From IMG/VR virus record IMGVR_UViG_3300036399_001571, positions 1-64,000 of that record: a stretch of 64,000 nucleotides of DNA; one strand, written 5' to 3'. A model generated the notes under the pieces. That model was not told the DNA's origin. It ran no database searches and saw only the letters and a list, made by a program, of their open reading frames with translations. Positions within the stretch are counted from its first letter, which is position 1. Every line of letters starts with the position of its first letter. Below are positions 38,085-47,561 of this stretch, piece after piece. The DNA comes from a virus. The translations under genes were made by a program, and so were the position numbers.

Positions 38085-38794
38085 TGTTTATGCCCTAGCT
38101 TATTTATGTCGGTCATGACTACTACACAGTACTTTATGCCAGATTTTATTGGAAGTGACGCATGCTCGTAAATATAATTTGATGGAAAAATTGCAATATC
38201 CCCAACTTTTGGTTTGTGCACATAACCGTCAAGTCTTGGGAATTCAATTTCTCCACCCTCATAATCGTCGTTGATGTAGATGACGGCAGAAACAGTGCAA
38301 TTGTATGCCGGTCCATGGTCTGCATGTATATTGAAATGCTTACCCTCGCCATCGTATTTTACGAAGTTGAAAGCTTCATAGTAAACAACACTTATACCCC
38401 AGTATCTAGCATAGTCATCAATGCAAAACTTGAGTTTTTCATATATCTCTTGATGAAGGTCCAGAAGCTCGGAGTTGTGCTCGTCTCTTGGTCCTAGATT
38501 TTCTTGCTTGTATTTGAAATCGTAACAGTCTCTTGCTTTTTTTATCGGAATATTAGAATTTGTTACCTGGGCTTCGTTCCAGCTGTATTTTTTGTTCCCG
38601 GACAAATTTGACTCAAGAATCTTGATGTATCTATTTGAATCTTCAAGCGAAAAAGTATTTTGGTATATGTTTAATCCTAGTGCTGGATTTTGGGCTGTAA
38701 TTGTTTCACTGGCAGCTCGATGGATTCTATTTGACGCAGTCTCTGACCTGTCTTTTGTGAACCATGGAATTGCGTTTTCATCATAAATACTCAT
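38081..38794 (-). CDS. 2OG-Fe(II) dioxygenase (HxDHG subfamily)
   Basis: HADHGPAYNCTVS, YINDDYEGGE and HAS..I..GIKY. Confidence 0.9.
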   Translation of the reverse strand: MSIYDENAIPWFTKDRSETASNRIHRAASETITAQNPALGLNIYQNTFSLEDSNRYIKILESNLSGNKKYSWNEAQVTNSNIPIKKARDCYDFKYKQENLGPRDEHNSELLDLHQEIYEKLKFCIDDYARYWGISVVYYEAFNFVKYDGEGKHFNIHADHGPAYNCTVSAVIYINDDYEGGEIEFPRLDGYVHKPKVGDIAIFPSNYIYEHASLPIKSGIKYCVVVMTDINKLGHKQ

Positions 38795-38834
38795 ACATGT
38801 ATCTTATAGTCAGGCTCGGTGCTAGCATCGTTAC

Positions 38835-39134
38835 ATGGAATTAATAGGAACATGGTTCATAACCGCAACCTCGCCCCTGGGAAAAGAGACATATAACCTG
38901 CGTTTGAATGACGATGGTTCTGGCTCAATTTCACATGACAGGGGAATCGTGGAATTTTCAGATGCTCTAATCAGCACCTCTGACGAGTCCATGACAGTGA
39001 AGATTTGCGGCCACACAGACATACCAATGAGCGTCGACTTTCTGTGTCAATTTGAGTCAGTAGGCAAATCTCTTGCTGGATTTGTAGAAATCGGCAAATA
39101 CGCAAACATCGAAATAAACGGGGTAAAGATATGA
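38835..39134 (+). CDS. Small beta-rich hypothetical protein
   Basis: GTW.IT..SPLG beta-barrel-like start; ATGA-coupled to the next gene. Confidence 0.6.
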   Translation: MELIGTWFITATSPLGKETYNLRLNDDGSGSISHDRGIVEFSDALISTSDESMTVKICGHTDIPMSVDFLCQFESVGKSLAGFVEIGKYANIEINGVKI

Positions 39135-39754
39135 GCATCAAGTCAGTTTTTGATATGCCGATAAAATCTGTAGATGGAACGTTTGATGTTATGGACTCGG
39201 TTCGTGGCAAGGTTTGCTTATTCACGAACATCGTCACCAAGACTGGCTACACCCCAAAATGTAGCCCCATCTGGTCTTACGCAAGAGCTGCCAGACAATT
39301 ATGGGAGCTACAGCAGCTTCATGAAATGTTTTCAGACAAAGGTTTTAGCGTTGTGGGATTTCCGTGCAATCAGTTTGGCCAAATGGAACCATCCGACAAT
39401 GAGGATATAAGTCAATTCATATCAGAGGCCTATCCATTTGTGACTTTCCCAATTACAGAAAAAATTGAAGTAAACGGTCCGGGCGAACATAAAATATGGA
39501 GTTTCCTAAAAGGTGACACCGTTCGTGCTTTTGATGACAGCAAGGCAGATGGTTCAGATAAAGCTGCATCCGGGCAGAACCTAGCTGGACAAGCGATAAT
39601 GCGCATACCTCACAACTATGAGAAATTCATGGTTAGCAGAGAAGGTCAGCAAGTTGCGAGATTGAACTGGGCCGACCTCCCACTTGCCGAACAGCCGCTT
39701 GCAGCGGGCTCCTCATGGACCGTTATAGAGGCAGTGAAGTCTCTTGTAGGTTGA
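39131..39754 (+). CDS. Glutathione peroxidase-like protein with atypical active site
   Basis: VVGFPCNQFGQMEP, VTFPITEKIEVNG and HNYEKF. Confidence 0.85.
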   Translation: MSIKSVFDMPIKSVDGTFDVMDSVRGKVCLFTNIVTKTGYTPKCSPIWSYARAARQLWELQQLHEMFSDKGFSVVGFPCNQFGQMEPSDNEDISQFISEAYPFVTFPITEKIEVNGPGEHKIWSFLKGDTVRAFDDSKADGSDKAASGQNLAGQAIMRIPHNYEKFMVSREGQQVARLNWADLPLAEQPLAAGSSWTVIEAVKSLVG

Positions 39755-39756
39755 TT

Positions 39757-40755
39757 ATGAAAATGCCTTCGACCCCGACCATTGGGGCCAATGAACTTAA
39801 AGAGATAAGTGAATTAGTTGTCGAGGACCTTGGCAGTGGAATAGTCGTTTTTAGAAACGCTTTTTCCGTTGAGGACTTTATTCTCAGACATATAGACGAT
39901 TGTGCTGCAGAGGCACATAAGAGCAGATGGTCGTATGTAACCGATGAGGATGGGGTTGAATACGGGATAAACGAGGACGGCTTTAGATACCGCCTAGAAG
40001 ACGTCCCAAATGCCCCTGTAAGGCTCCTGGAGCCCGTTACAGAGGCGACAAGCCCCAATGTGGTCGAATACTTCACCTATCTTGAGGACGCAATCTACAA
40101 GTGTCTAATACGCTATACGGACATGTTTCCGCTGATAGTCGGAAGCCTCTGGTGGAGGACCAGGGGTCACATACTCAGATATGACGGTGGGGGCATTCTT
40201 GGGTGGCATCAAGACAATGACACGAACTACAAAGTGACCCAGGGTGTCAGGTATATGCCAAGGGGGCAGGTGGCGCTCCGACAGACCGCTGGAGCCCTTG
40301 CGTATTTCAACGACTGCGTTGACACTAAGGAAGAACTTGATGGCACCAACTTTTCTGGCGGCCATCTTAAGTTTGCATACCTCGGGATTGACTACAAGCC
40401 CAAAAAGGGGGACATCATTATGTTCCCTACAAACTACATATGCGCTCACGGTGTAACAAAGATGGATGGTGGCACAAGATATGCATATCTCTCGTTCTTC
40501 GGACAAGGCGGAACAGATAATGCTGCAAACATAAGAATAAAGGAAAAAGACGCGAGTATTCAATGGTGTGAGCCAGTTTGGTTCGACAACATCTATGACG
40601 ACTACGAGTTTTATTGCAAGTCTGAATACTCAATCTGGTCAAAACCAACCCCAGGTTTAGAGCTTGGCTCAAACCCTGTATTCCAAAATAGATGCGTCAC
40701 TCAATACGGCGATACGCACACTGCGCTGGAGGTGAACCAAGTTGAAACGATATGA
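39757..40755 (+). CDS. 2OG-Fe(II) dioxygenase (LGGG/HxDND subfamily)
   Basis: DLGSGIVVFRNA, HQDND, FSGG and HGV...GTRY. Confidence 0.9.
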   Translation: MKMPSTPTIGANELKEISELVVEDLGSGIVVFRNAFSVEDFILRHIDDCAAEAHKSRWSYVTDEDGVEYGINEDGFRYRLEDVPNAPVRLLEPVTEATSPNVVEYFTYLEDAIYKCLIRYTDMFPLIVGSLWWRTRGHILRYDGGGILGWHQDNDTNYKVTQGVRYMPRGQVALRQTAGALAYFNDCVDTKEELDGTNFSGGHLKFAYLGIDYKPKKGDIIMFPTNYICAHGVTKMDGGTRYAYLSFFGQGGTDNAANIRIKEKDASIQWCEPVWFDNIYDDYEFYCKSEYSIWSKPTPGLELGSNPVFQNRCVTQYGDTHTALEVNQVETI

Positions 40756-41713
40756 GACCAGGACACTTGAAGTCACGGATGAGGTTATAGAAGAAATATC
40801 GAATCTTGAATTCACGGACCTTGGTGGAGGTGTGATTGTATTTCATAATGCAGTCGACGTTGACCTAGAAACCATGTCGAATTGGATTGACAAAAATGCT
40901 CTTGCAGCACACCAGCAAAGATGGAAGTACGACATCGACATAAATGGCGTAGTCTACGCAAAGAACGAAGATGGGAATAAGTTCTCTATCGAGCAAGTGG
41001 AGAGAGTCCCTGTAAGAGTTCTTGAGCCGGTCCAGGACCATACAGAAGAAGAAATTGTATCCGTGTTCAGAAACTGGGAAGACTGCATATACAAGTCTCT
41101 AATACGGTATGTGGATATGTTTCCACTCGTGGTTGGGACTATATGGTGGAGAAGCAGGGGACACGTTCTGAGGTACGACTCTGGAAAGTACCTGGGACTA
41201 CACAACGACAACGACACAAACTATAGAGCCACGAACGGGGAGAGGTACATCCCCTATGGTCAGCTTGGAGCCAGGCAGACAGTTGCCGTCTTGCTGTATA
41301 TAAATGACTGCGTTGCCACTCCGGACGAATTAGACGGAACGAATTACTCTGGAGGGGAGCTCTACTTCCCATACCTTGGAATTAGCCATATGGCAAAGCG
41401 TGGGGACATCATAATATTCCCAACAAATTACATTGCTTCGCACGGGGTAAACACCGTCACCGGCGGAACAAGGTACGCCTATCTTGAATTCTTTTCGCAA
41501 GGAAGCCCTGACCCAAACGCAAGGATAGAAGTCTCGGAAGAGGATGAGGTTTCCAGCTGGTGCGTTCCGCACTGGATTGATACGATTTACGATGACTACC
41601 AAAAGTACGCGTCCTCAGTTAACCCAGGTGACAGCAAAACACTCGTAAGAAATCTTGAGGGCAAAAATGGTTACATTAATCCGTTGAACATGAAAGCTGA
41701 ATCAGTTGAGTAA
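40742..41713 (+). CDS. 2OG-Fe(II) dioxygenase (LGGG/HxDND subfamily)
   Basis: DLGGGVIVFHNA, HNDND and HGV...GTRY; close paralog of the upstream gene. Confidence 0.9.
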   Translation: MKRYETRTLEVTDEVIEEISNLEFTDLGGGVIVFHNAVDVDLETMSNWIDKNALAAHQQRWKYDIDINGVVYAKNEDGNKFSIEQVERVPVRVLEPVQDHTEEEIVSVFRNWEDCIYKSLIRYVDMFPLVVGTIWWRSRGHVLRYDSGKYLGLHNDNDTNYRATNGERYIPYGQLGARQTVAVLLYINDCVATPDELDGTNYSGGELYFPYLGISHMAKRGDIIIFPTNYIASHGVNTVTGGTRYAYLEFFSQGSPDPNARIEVSEEDEVSSWCVPHWIDTIYDDYQKYASSVNPGDSKTLVRNLEGKNGYINPLNMKAESVE

Positions 41714-42248
41714 GGTTGGAATAGTATCTCTTGGCAATATGGGTGTGACAATTGCTCACAGCGTTATTAATTCTGGGCATATTGTCCACTGGACATCAGA
41801 AGGTCGTTCTGAAACGACAGTTGCCGCAGGCAGAAAAATAAAAGATGCCATAGAACACGAGTCGGTTAAAGAACTATTTGGCTCAGTAGACATTTTCATT
41901 TGCATCGGCAGAGGTGGAGTTGCAGAGGAAACAATAGAGCTGGCAAAGAAGTACGCATTTACAGGAATATATGTAGACGGCAACAATCTCCACGGTCTAG
42001 AATCAGAACTGAATATTGCATCAATAGCGGAATCTGGCGGGATTAATTATGTGGAGGCTCTTTTCCGAGGCTATCCGCTTGGTTATGACCAAGGTGGAGG
42101 AGAGGACAAAAGAAATTTATATCTTTCAGGTCTGTGGAAGTCAGCAAAAGTGATTGAATCACTATTCGTTGACGGAATATGGAAAGTAGAAATTGTTGCA
42201 GAGTCAGCAAAAGCTTTAAACCGAACAAGATTTAAAAGACTTTTTTAA
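41706..42248 (+). CDS. NAD(P)-binding Rossmann domain (6PGD/3-hydroxyisobutyrate dehydrogenase-like N-terminus)
   Basis: KVGIVSLGNMG and YVDGN motifs; only 180 aa. Confidence 0.7.
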   Translation: MSKVGIVSLGNMGVTIAHSVINSGHIVHWTSEGRSETTVAAGRKIKDAIEHESVKELFGSVDIFICIGRGGVAEETIELAKKYAFTGIYVDGNNLHGLESELNIASIAESGGINYVEALFRGYPLGYDQGGGEDKRNLYLSGLWKSAKVIESLFVDGIWKVEIVAESAKALNRTRFKRLF

Positions 42249-42985
42249 TGGTTTTGTGTTTTATGCTCGCCGACTAAAACCTGTTTTTGTTGGCTATTCA
42301 GCAAACCAACATCTGACCTGAATTTATTAACCCAATCATAAGCGCCTGGTTTATTTTCTTGGCCATTACCGTGATAAAACCACGACAGAAATGCCCAGCG
42401 CTCTCCACTTGTGACTTCATCTACTTCGTGGCAACCAATAAAATTAGATGGATATATAAGTGCGGAGCCAAACTCCGGTTTTGCATTTATTCCCCAGGTC
42501 CTGAATCTGACGTCCCCGCCTGCATAGCCATCATTTATAAAAATTGATGTTGTGAGCGTGTTGAAAGCAGGGCTTGTTGTTAGTGGTTCCAATGTTCCGG
42601 GTTTGTAAGGAATGTTGCAGTCTGAATGCGGCCCCATTCCATTGCCAGTTAGGTATCTAATTAGGTATCCATCGGTTTGACCAGTTATGCACTCCGTTGC
42701 AACAGGAAAAATTTTGCAGTACTCCACAGCAGCTGAATAAATTGCTTTTCTTAGCAATGTTGTTATCCCGAGTTCTTCTATGTCCGTGTATCTGCTTGGA
42801 GCTGCTTGCTTGCCTTGTTCGTCAAATTCATAACCACCATCACTTATAAGCTTGCCGTCAATAAGCGAATAACCCTGAGGAATCTTTGCATTGGCTATAT
42901 GCAGCAATTCGTTTTCGTCAATTTCATCACGCTCGATTAGGCCATAAACGATGGCTATCCCATGACCCAAGTGTTTGATTTTCAT
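42245..42985 (-). CDS. 2OG-Fe(II) dioxygenase
   Basis: HSD, FINDGYAGG and HEV..V.SGERW. Confidence 0.9.
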   Translation of the reverse strand: MKIKHLGHGIAIVYGLIERDEIDENELLHIANAKIPQGYSLIDGKLISDGGYEFDEQGKQAAPSRYTDIEELGITTLLRKAIYSAAVEYCKIFPVATECITGQTDGYLIRYLTGNGMGPHSDCNIPYKPGTLEPLTTSPAFNTLTTSIFINDGYAGGDVRFRTWGINAKPEFGSALIYPSNFIGCHEVDEVTSGERWAFLSWFYHGNGQENKPGAYDWVNKFRSDVGLLNSQQKQVLVGEHKTQNH

Positions 42986-43872
42986 GCGTGTTCACCCATT
43001 GCCAGTCGATATGTATTAGAAGATTTTTCCTCGCCAACCGATTCCAGATATTCAATAAATCTTTCCCTGAGATGCGGGATATAAACATTGGAGGATACAG
43101 CCGCTTTTTCTGGGTTGACGAGAGGGTCTTCAACTTCTTCGTTAACTGATGGATTTGGCGTTCCATGAGCGTACCATCCAAGATAGGTGAATCTGTTGCC
43201 TGATTCAACCGGAGTAACTTCATGCGCAGCAATATAGTTTGATGGAAACATCAAAACATCGCCTCTTCTTGGAATGTACTCAATATCCAAATATGTAAAC
43301 TTATGATGCCCACCTGTAAAGTCACCCAGCTCAAAAACTTTCTCCCCATCTAGGCAGTTACCAAAATAAACCAAACATGACAGTGTGTTTCTTGAAGCAA
43401 GCTGATGTTGAGGGTGTGGTAATCCATAAACATAGTCAACGCTCGTGTCGCTATGCTCCCCTATGAAACCCCCACACTCGGAAGAGTAATTGACTAAATG
43501 TCCTTTCACTTTCCACCATATGTTTTTGAAAACAATTGGGAACATGTGCATATATCTGAAAAGATATTTATCTTTGCATTCCTCAATAAAACAAAATAAT
43601 TCAGCTACTTCTGGTCTTGTGTCCTGGTGTACCCTAGACCCCCTTCTTGGCATTCTATCTATCCCATTTTTTGAAAAAAAATAACCACTTCTGTTAACAT
43701 ATTCTTCCAAGCCATTGTCTGGATTGATAGCCGGCTGGTACATATCGCCCATCTCTCTGTCAACAATTTCTTTAGATATTCGGTTAACGTAATCCCAATC
43801 AAGGCTTATGGCGTTACGAAATACAACAACACCACCACCAAGATGTTCGGCTTTAGAGTTGTTAAAAATCAT
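42982..43872 (-). CDS. 2OG-Fe(II) dioxygenase (LGGG subfamily)
   Basis: HLGGGVVVFRNA, HSD and HEV..V.SGNRF. Confidence 0.9.
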   Translation of the reverse strand: MIFNNSKAEHLGGGVVVFRNAISLDWDYVNRISKEIVDREMGDMYQPAINPDNGLEEYVNRSGYFFSKNGIDRMPRRGSRVHQDTRPEVAELFCFIEECKDKYLFRYMHMFPIVFKNIWWKVKGHLVNYSSECGGFIGEHSDTSVDYVYGLPHPQHQLASRNTLSCLVYFGNCLDGEKVFELGDFTGGHHKFTYLDIEYIPRRGDVLMFPSNYIAAHEVTPVESGNRFTYLGWYAHGTPNPSVNEEVEDPLVNPEKAAVSSNVYIPHLRERFIEYLESVGEEKSSNTYRLAMGEHA

Positions 43873-44729
43873 TGATGGTCATCTTTTCTTGATTTGAATG
43901 GAGTCTTTCCTGATGGTATCTTACCCTCATCACCATATTTATCCATTAAGTATTGTTCGTAGTCTTCAACTATGGTTTTCATCCACCATTGTCCACCCAC
44001 CGGCCTTTGTGCGGAATCCGTTGGCTCTTGCGGTGAGACCCCTTTGTCTTGTTGCGGGGAGCCCTGTGCAAACCACGAAAGGTATGAGTACCTAGAACCT
44101 GAAGTTACTTCTAGTATTTCATGAGCGCCCAAGTAGTTTGCTGGCATAAAAAGAATTGTTCCACTTTTAGGTTTTATGGTTATGTCAAAATACGGCAAAA
44201 CCATTTCTCCGCCAGTAAATGAATACTCATCGCAATCCGATTCATCGCAATTATCGTTTATATAGAGGAGAGCACTTATGACGTTTCTAGTGGCGTGCTC
44301 AAAAGGAGGGAAATGACCATACCTGTAGTTGACATCGTTGTCGCAGTGGAAACCCAGTTTTGAGCCAGATGGATATTTAAGTGCGTGCCCTTCGCTTTTC
44401 CACCAAAGACACTGCAGTACAGCGGGAAACATTTCTACATACTCAAGTAAGCACCTGTAGATAGCTTCTTCGCACTCTATAAAGAAACCGTGATTCAGCT
44501 CTTGAACTCTTATTGGAGTTTTTGATATTTCATTAAGTTCGTAAATAAAACCACTTTTGTTTATTGCGTGAATTGGTTTTCCGTCAATATCGTATACATA
44601 CTCATACTGTGCTTTTATGGCTGCGTCAGAAAGTTCATCTATCAGGCCTGTAATCTCCACGACTGGAACATTTACTGCATCCCTGAATACAACTACACCA
44701 CCACCGAGATTTTCCACATTGAAAGACAT
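43869..44729 (-). CDS. 2OG-Fe(II) dioxygenase (LGGG/HxDND subfamily)
   Basis: NLGGGVVVFRDA, HCDND and HEI..V.SGSRY. Confidence 0.9.
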   Translation of the reverse strand: MSFNVENLGGGVVVFRDAVNVPVVEITGLIDELSDAAIKAQYEYVYDIDGKPIHAINKSGFIYELNEISKTPIRVQELNHGFFIECEEAIYRCLLEYVEMFPAVLQCLWWKSEGHALKYPSGSKLGFHCDNDVNYRYGHFPPFEHATRNVISALLYINDNCDESDCDEYSFTGGEMVLPYFDITIKPKSGTILFMPANYLGAHEILEVTSGSRYSYLSWFAQGSPQQDKGVSPQEPTDSAQRPVGGQWWMKTIVEDYEQYLMDKYGDEGKIPSGKTPFKSRKDDHQ

Positions 44730-44738
44730 GTCAGTATG

Positions 44739-45389
44739 TTAGTCAGTTTTTTTAACCACCGGAGATTCTATGATTGGTCTATCCGTGTATATTCCCCAAT
44801 CTGCATTTGGGTTTACTCTGGGTTCAATTGGGCTAAGATTCATGCTTACAACAATCCTTGGACTTTCAATCATTTGCCGTGCTGTCATGTGGGTAATAAA
44901 TGAGTTAAAAATAATCAACAGTCCATCTTGCGGCTTAACAGAAATAGTGTTGTGCATATAACCACACCAGTGCGCTGAAAAAATTAAATCCGCAGAATCA
45001 AGTGGGGCAGATGGGTAGTAAGCAATAGAAAAATAGTCACCAGGGTGTGTGTGATGGTTTTTGTAATGACTGTGAGCTATCACACTCTGCCCAGGCATTA
45101 ATTTTATCGCCCATATTTCATCAATTTTGTATTTACGATTTGTTACTTCGTCAACAATTTGAACAATTAATTTTTCAAGTTTTGTGAATTCAGGTGTTAC
45201 TGGAACAACTGTATCTTCATACTGCACAAAACCACGACTTACTGAGCCATATTCTTCGCAATCTGCATTAACTGGAAAACCGTATAAGTTTATATCGGAC
45301 ACAATCTGTTCATTGTCTATGTCCAAAAGCTGCGATGTAAATATGTTTTGATTTATTAAAGGAATAGTATTTATTTTACTCATATACAA
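44739..45389 (-). CDS. 2OG-Fe(II) dioxygenase (HxH type, TIGR02466-like)
   Basis: HSH, SIAYY, GLLIIFNSFITH and RIVVSMN. Confidence 0.8.
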   Translation of the reverse strand: MYMSKINTIPLINQNIFTSQLLDIDNEQIVSDINLYGFPVNADCEEYGSVSRGFVQYEDTVVPVTPEFTKLEKLIVQIVDEVTNRKYKIDEIWAIKLMPGQSVIAHSHYKNHHTHPGDYFSIAYYPSAPLDSADLIFSAHWCGYMHNTISVKPQDGLLIIFNSFITHMTARQMIESPRIVVSMNLSPIEPRVNPNADWGIYTDRPIIESPVVKKTD

Positions 45390-46047
45390 AGTTGGACATA
45401 TCTACTGGTGGGTTTGATTTCAGCCACACATTGACAACCATTACATTTCTAACCCCATACAAACAAGGGCTAGTTTGATGCACAACCCGACCTGCATCAA
45501 ATATAACCAATCGATTTTCTCTAAAGGCAATTCGCTCTCGCATCTCAATCGGGTCAATATGTTTTTTCAAATTTTCCCATTCAAGCGCATTGTGCTCACC
45601 AAAGACAAGCTTTGATTCAAAAAGCTCAAGAAACCCACCAACCACTTTTTCTTTTGATGGGCCGTAATAGACACACCCAACTTCAGGCCCGTTGTATATT
45701 TTTTTATCCTGATAAAGAAAAGTGTCTTCATCAACATGGGGTCCAAGAAACTGTCCAGCCCCAAATGTTCTTGTCCAGTACTCAAATCCAAGAACTTCAC
45801 TTATCGGCATTGGTAGATTGGTTTCCCATATCTCCCTAATGACTTGCTTCCTAAGTGTGTTGGCCGAAGAAGACCACCAACCATGCCAAAACATATAAGG
45901 TGCATAGCAGCTGGATTTTTCATCATGATAAGAGTTGAGCTCGCTAGCAATGCGTGAATCAGCTGTCATTGGACCAGGGAAAAATGATGCATCCTGGATG
46001 ATTGCTGAATAAACAGTCTCATCTATGGCGTCATCGTAAATTTTCAT
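45376..46047 (-). CDS. 2OG-Fe(II) dioxygenase
   Basis: PHVDED, VGGFL, NRLVIFD and HQT...VR. Confidence 0.85.
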   Translation of the reverse strand: MKIYDDAIDETVYSAIIQDASFFPGPMTADSRIASELNSYHDEKSSCYAPYMFWHGWWSSSANTLRKQVIREIWETNLPMPISEVLGFEYWTRTFGAGQFLGPHVDEDTFLYQDKKIYNGPEVGCVYYGPSKEKVVGGFLELFESKLVFGEHNALEWENLKKHIDPIEMRERIAFRENRLVIFDAGRVVHQTSPCLYGVRNVMVVNVWLKSNPPVDMSNFVYE

Positions 46048-46868
46048 ATATTTTTAACTTTATTCAATTTGTAAAATGGTACGCTTGGCTTTAGGTGGTG
46101 GTTAAGGTGCTTATGGTGTAGTCCGGTAAATATGAATCCAAAAACAAATTTATTATTTTTTGCAGTAAAATTTTGGTTCTCTGCCTCTGTTGTTTTCCCA
46201 GAAACGTACGAATAGCTTATGTGTGGGAACCACGATAAGAAAACGAACACTAGATACGGAAAAATAAAGGTTGGGAAAAGCCATATGAACGTAAATTCCA
46301 TCAGTTTCCCAAACATATACGACGAAAGAAATAAGACGAAAGTTGCTCTGTAAAAATTAACTTGAGCCTTATCTTTATACATTAAATACGCAAATATCGC
46401 CTCTCTTCTGCCTAACGTTTTTTTTAAAAGCTTAATGCCACCTGGAAAACAAACAACTACTTTTTCGTACAATCTTTTTGTTGGGAATTCAATTATTGAA
46501 ATAGCACCATCCGAACAACTACTATCAGGGTCCAATTTTGAATTTGCGTACCTATGATGCGCGATATGTAATTTGCCGTAACCCAAAAACGGCAAACCCA
46601 AAAACACGGAACTAGAATGACCAACTAACTTATTCAAAAATTTAAACTTTTTTATTCCACCGTTTACGTTCCCGTGTATTGCCTCGTGCATTACCACAAA
46701 TAGGTAGTAACAAATTACCGTGTTTATTAATGTGGCGATAAACAGTGGGAAATGCCCAACAATGGAAACTAACGCAACCAACACGTAGGAGAACATAAGA
46801 GAAATCCAGAAAAAAATTATCGGCCACCTTATTCCGTCGTTTGTTTTGTCTGGGTACAGTTGGTTCAC
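46044..46868 (-). CDS. Membrane fatty-acid desaturase/hydroxylase family protein
   Basis: His boxes HEAIH, HIAHH and HLNHH, plus transmembrane helices. Confidence 0.88.
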   Translation of the reverse strand: MNQLYPDKTNDGIRWPIIFFWISLMFSYVLVALVSIVGHFPLFIATLINTVICYYLFVVMHEAIHGNVNGGIKKFKFLNKLVGHSSSVFLGLPFLGYGKLHIAHHRYANSKLDPDSSCSDGAISIIEFPTKRLYEKVVVCFPGGIKLLKKTLGRREAIFAYLMYKDKAQVNFYRATFVLFLSSYMFGKLMEFTFIWLFPTFIFPYLVFVFLSWFPHISYSYVSGKTTEAENQNFTAKNNKFVFGFIFTGLHHKHLNHHLKPSVPFYKLNKVKNI

Positions 46869-47560
46869 AGGTACCCACTACCAACCGTATCGCGTAGATA
46901 CTCTAGGTCAAAATCAAATATTAAAACCACCCTGTCATTTGTTCCTTCGTGTATTACAGAGTGCCTGTATGGCGGGCCATCCTTGAACGCAAGAATTTTC
47001 CCCTCATCCCATGTCCTGGTCTCATTTCCAACGGTAATTTTGCATTGTTTATCGTTTACAATGCATAAGTGACATCTCATTATTTTGTCAGAACCATTGT
47101 GTGGATTAATTATTGCCCCTGGTTTCACTATGCTGAACATTCCGCCAGAACACTGTCCATCATCTGCAAACTCTGAGACTATTGAATTAAATGTCTTAAA
47201 ATAAGAACTTGAGTAATCAAGATGTGCCTCTAGGTCTTTTTTTGTCTTCCACTTAACCACGCTACCCAGCAGTTCGGTATTTCCCCACTGCCTGCTATCT
47301 GCGCTTGGTCTTGTCCCAGCAAAACAAACATCCCACACCCCTGAATAAAGGTCTATTTCTTCTTCTTCTTCTTTTTCGTTTGATTTTATCTTGAGCTTTG
47401 GCGACGCAAGAGTGTTGCCGCCACCCCTGGTTGGGAATGGGTGGCTATGTTCCATATAGGAATTAAATTCGTCTTTTATAGAGAGCCAATTTTTTTCAAT
47501 CTCCACGCATACGGGGATTTCCCTAATAATATCATCCCAGAATGCTGGCTCCATTGACAT
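46865..47560 (-). CDS. Aspartyl/asparaginyl beta-hydroxylase family (2OG-Fe(II))
   Basis: INPHNG, MRCHL, WDEGK, HSV.H.G and RVVLIFD; start moved to MSMEP. Confidence 0.88.
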   Translation of the reverse strand: MSMEPAFWDDIIREIPVCVEIEKNWLSIKDEFNSYMEHSHPFPTRGGGNTLASPKLKIKSNEKEEEEEIDLYSGVWDVCFAGTRPSADSRQWGNTELLGSVVKWKTKKDLEAHLDYSSSYFKTFNSIVSEFADDGQCSGGMFSIVKPGAIINPHNGSDKIMRCHLCIVNDKQCKITVGNETRTWDEGKILAFKDGPPYRHSVIHEGTNDRVVLIFDFDLEYLRDTVGSGYL

Positions 47561-47561
47561 T

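Noticed and set aside
39131-39754. Selenocysteine GPx
   Set aside because: The active-site codon is ACT, not TGA.
38795-42260. Invertase-driven flip cassette
   Set aside because: No inverted repeats were seen at the boundaries and no recombinase is present in the window.
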